DNA of 64,000 nt. Source: Pecten maximus. Lineage: Eukaryota. The stretch is from assembly GCF_902652985.1 (NCBI RefSeq), contig NC_047024.1, positions 14,632,001 through 14,696,000 on the forward strand. Reading direction: 5' to 3'. The notes below the pieces were generated by a model that was given only the letters and a program-made list of their open reading frames with translations, did not search any database and was not told the DNA's origin. This document shows positions 63,737 to 64,000 of the stretch, in pieces. Position 1 is the stretch's first letter, and the number at the start of each line of letters is the position of its first letter. The translations under genes were made by a program, and so were the position numbers.

Positions 63737-64000
63737 ATACTGAGTTTATTTTAAATACTATGGTGAATACCAGTACATAATTTCTGGGACACATTTTTTT
63801 TTTAATGTCGGGGCTAATCTATCTACGGTAAATATAGGAGGACTCAAGAAATGAAGAATATCTATGCATGGTGGATAAAGAAGAATTTATTTATTGTATG
63901 ATAGTGTTTGAATGAAATCACTTATTTTGTTAGTTCCTGTCTCACAAACCTAGTGGGTAGATACAAGTACTAGTTTAGTGGTGATACTTGCGTAAAATAA

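Overview
AT-rich, intron-rich eukaryotic genomic DNA. The repeat families suggest a bivalve mollusc, probably an oyster (inference). Five multi-exon protein-coding genes can be reconstructed by hand from GT-AG splice sites: RSPH14 (-, 7233-14175); a divergently transcribed PRR19-like gene (+, 15771-25956); SCNM1 (-, 27042-30852); CNOT4 (+, 38243-50897); and a PPP1R15 (GADD34/CReP) homolog (+, 61368-63736). The first four are arranged as two head-to-head pairs. There are three large minisatellite arrays (37-bp at 1-5106, 39-bp inside RSPH14 intron 4, 30-bp at 54707-59020). Other repeats include several Helentron/DINE-1-like non-autonomous elements with internal 145-158-bp tandem repeats, tRNA-derived SINEs, tiny MITEs and palindromes. 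Most notable are: (i) a probable invertebrate ortholog of the meiotic crossover factor PRR19; (ii) a PPP1R15 gene with CRE, CARE and HSE/STAT motifs, uORFs, and a frame discontinuity or alternative donor that decides whether the PP1-binding RVxF motif is made; (iii) a tRNA-derived Pol III head fused directly to the 4.3-kb 30-bp satellite; (iv) a +1 frameshift in the last SCNM1 exon. All protein identifications rest on recalled family motifs, not database searches.
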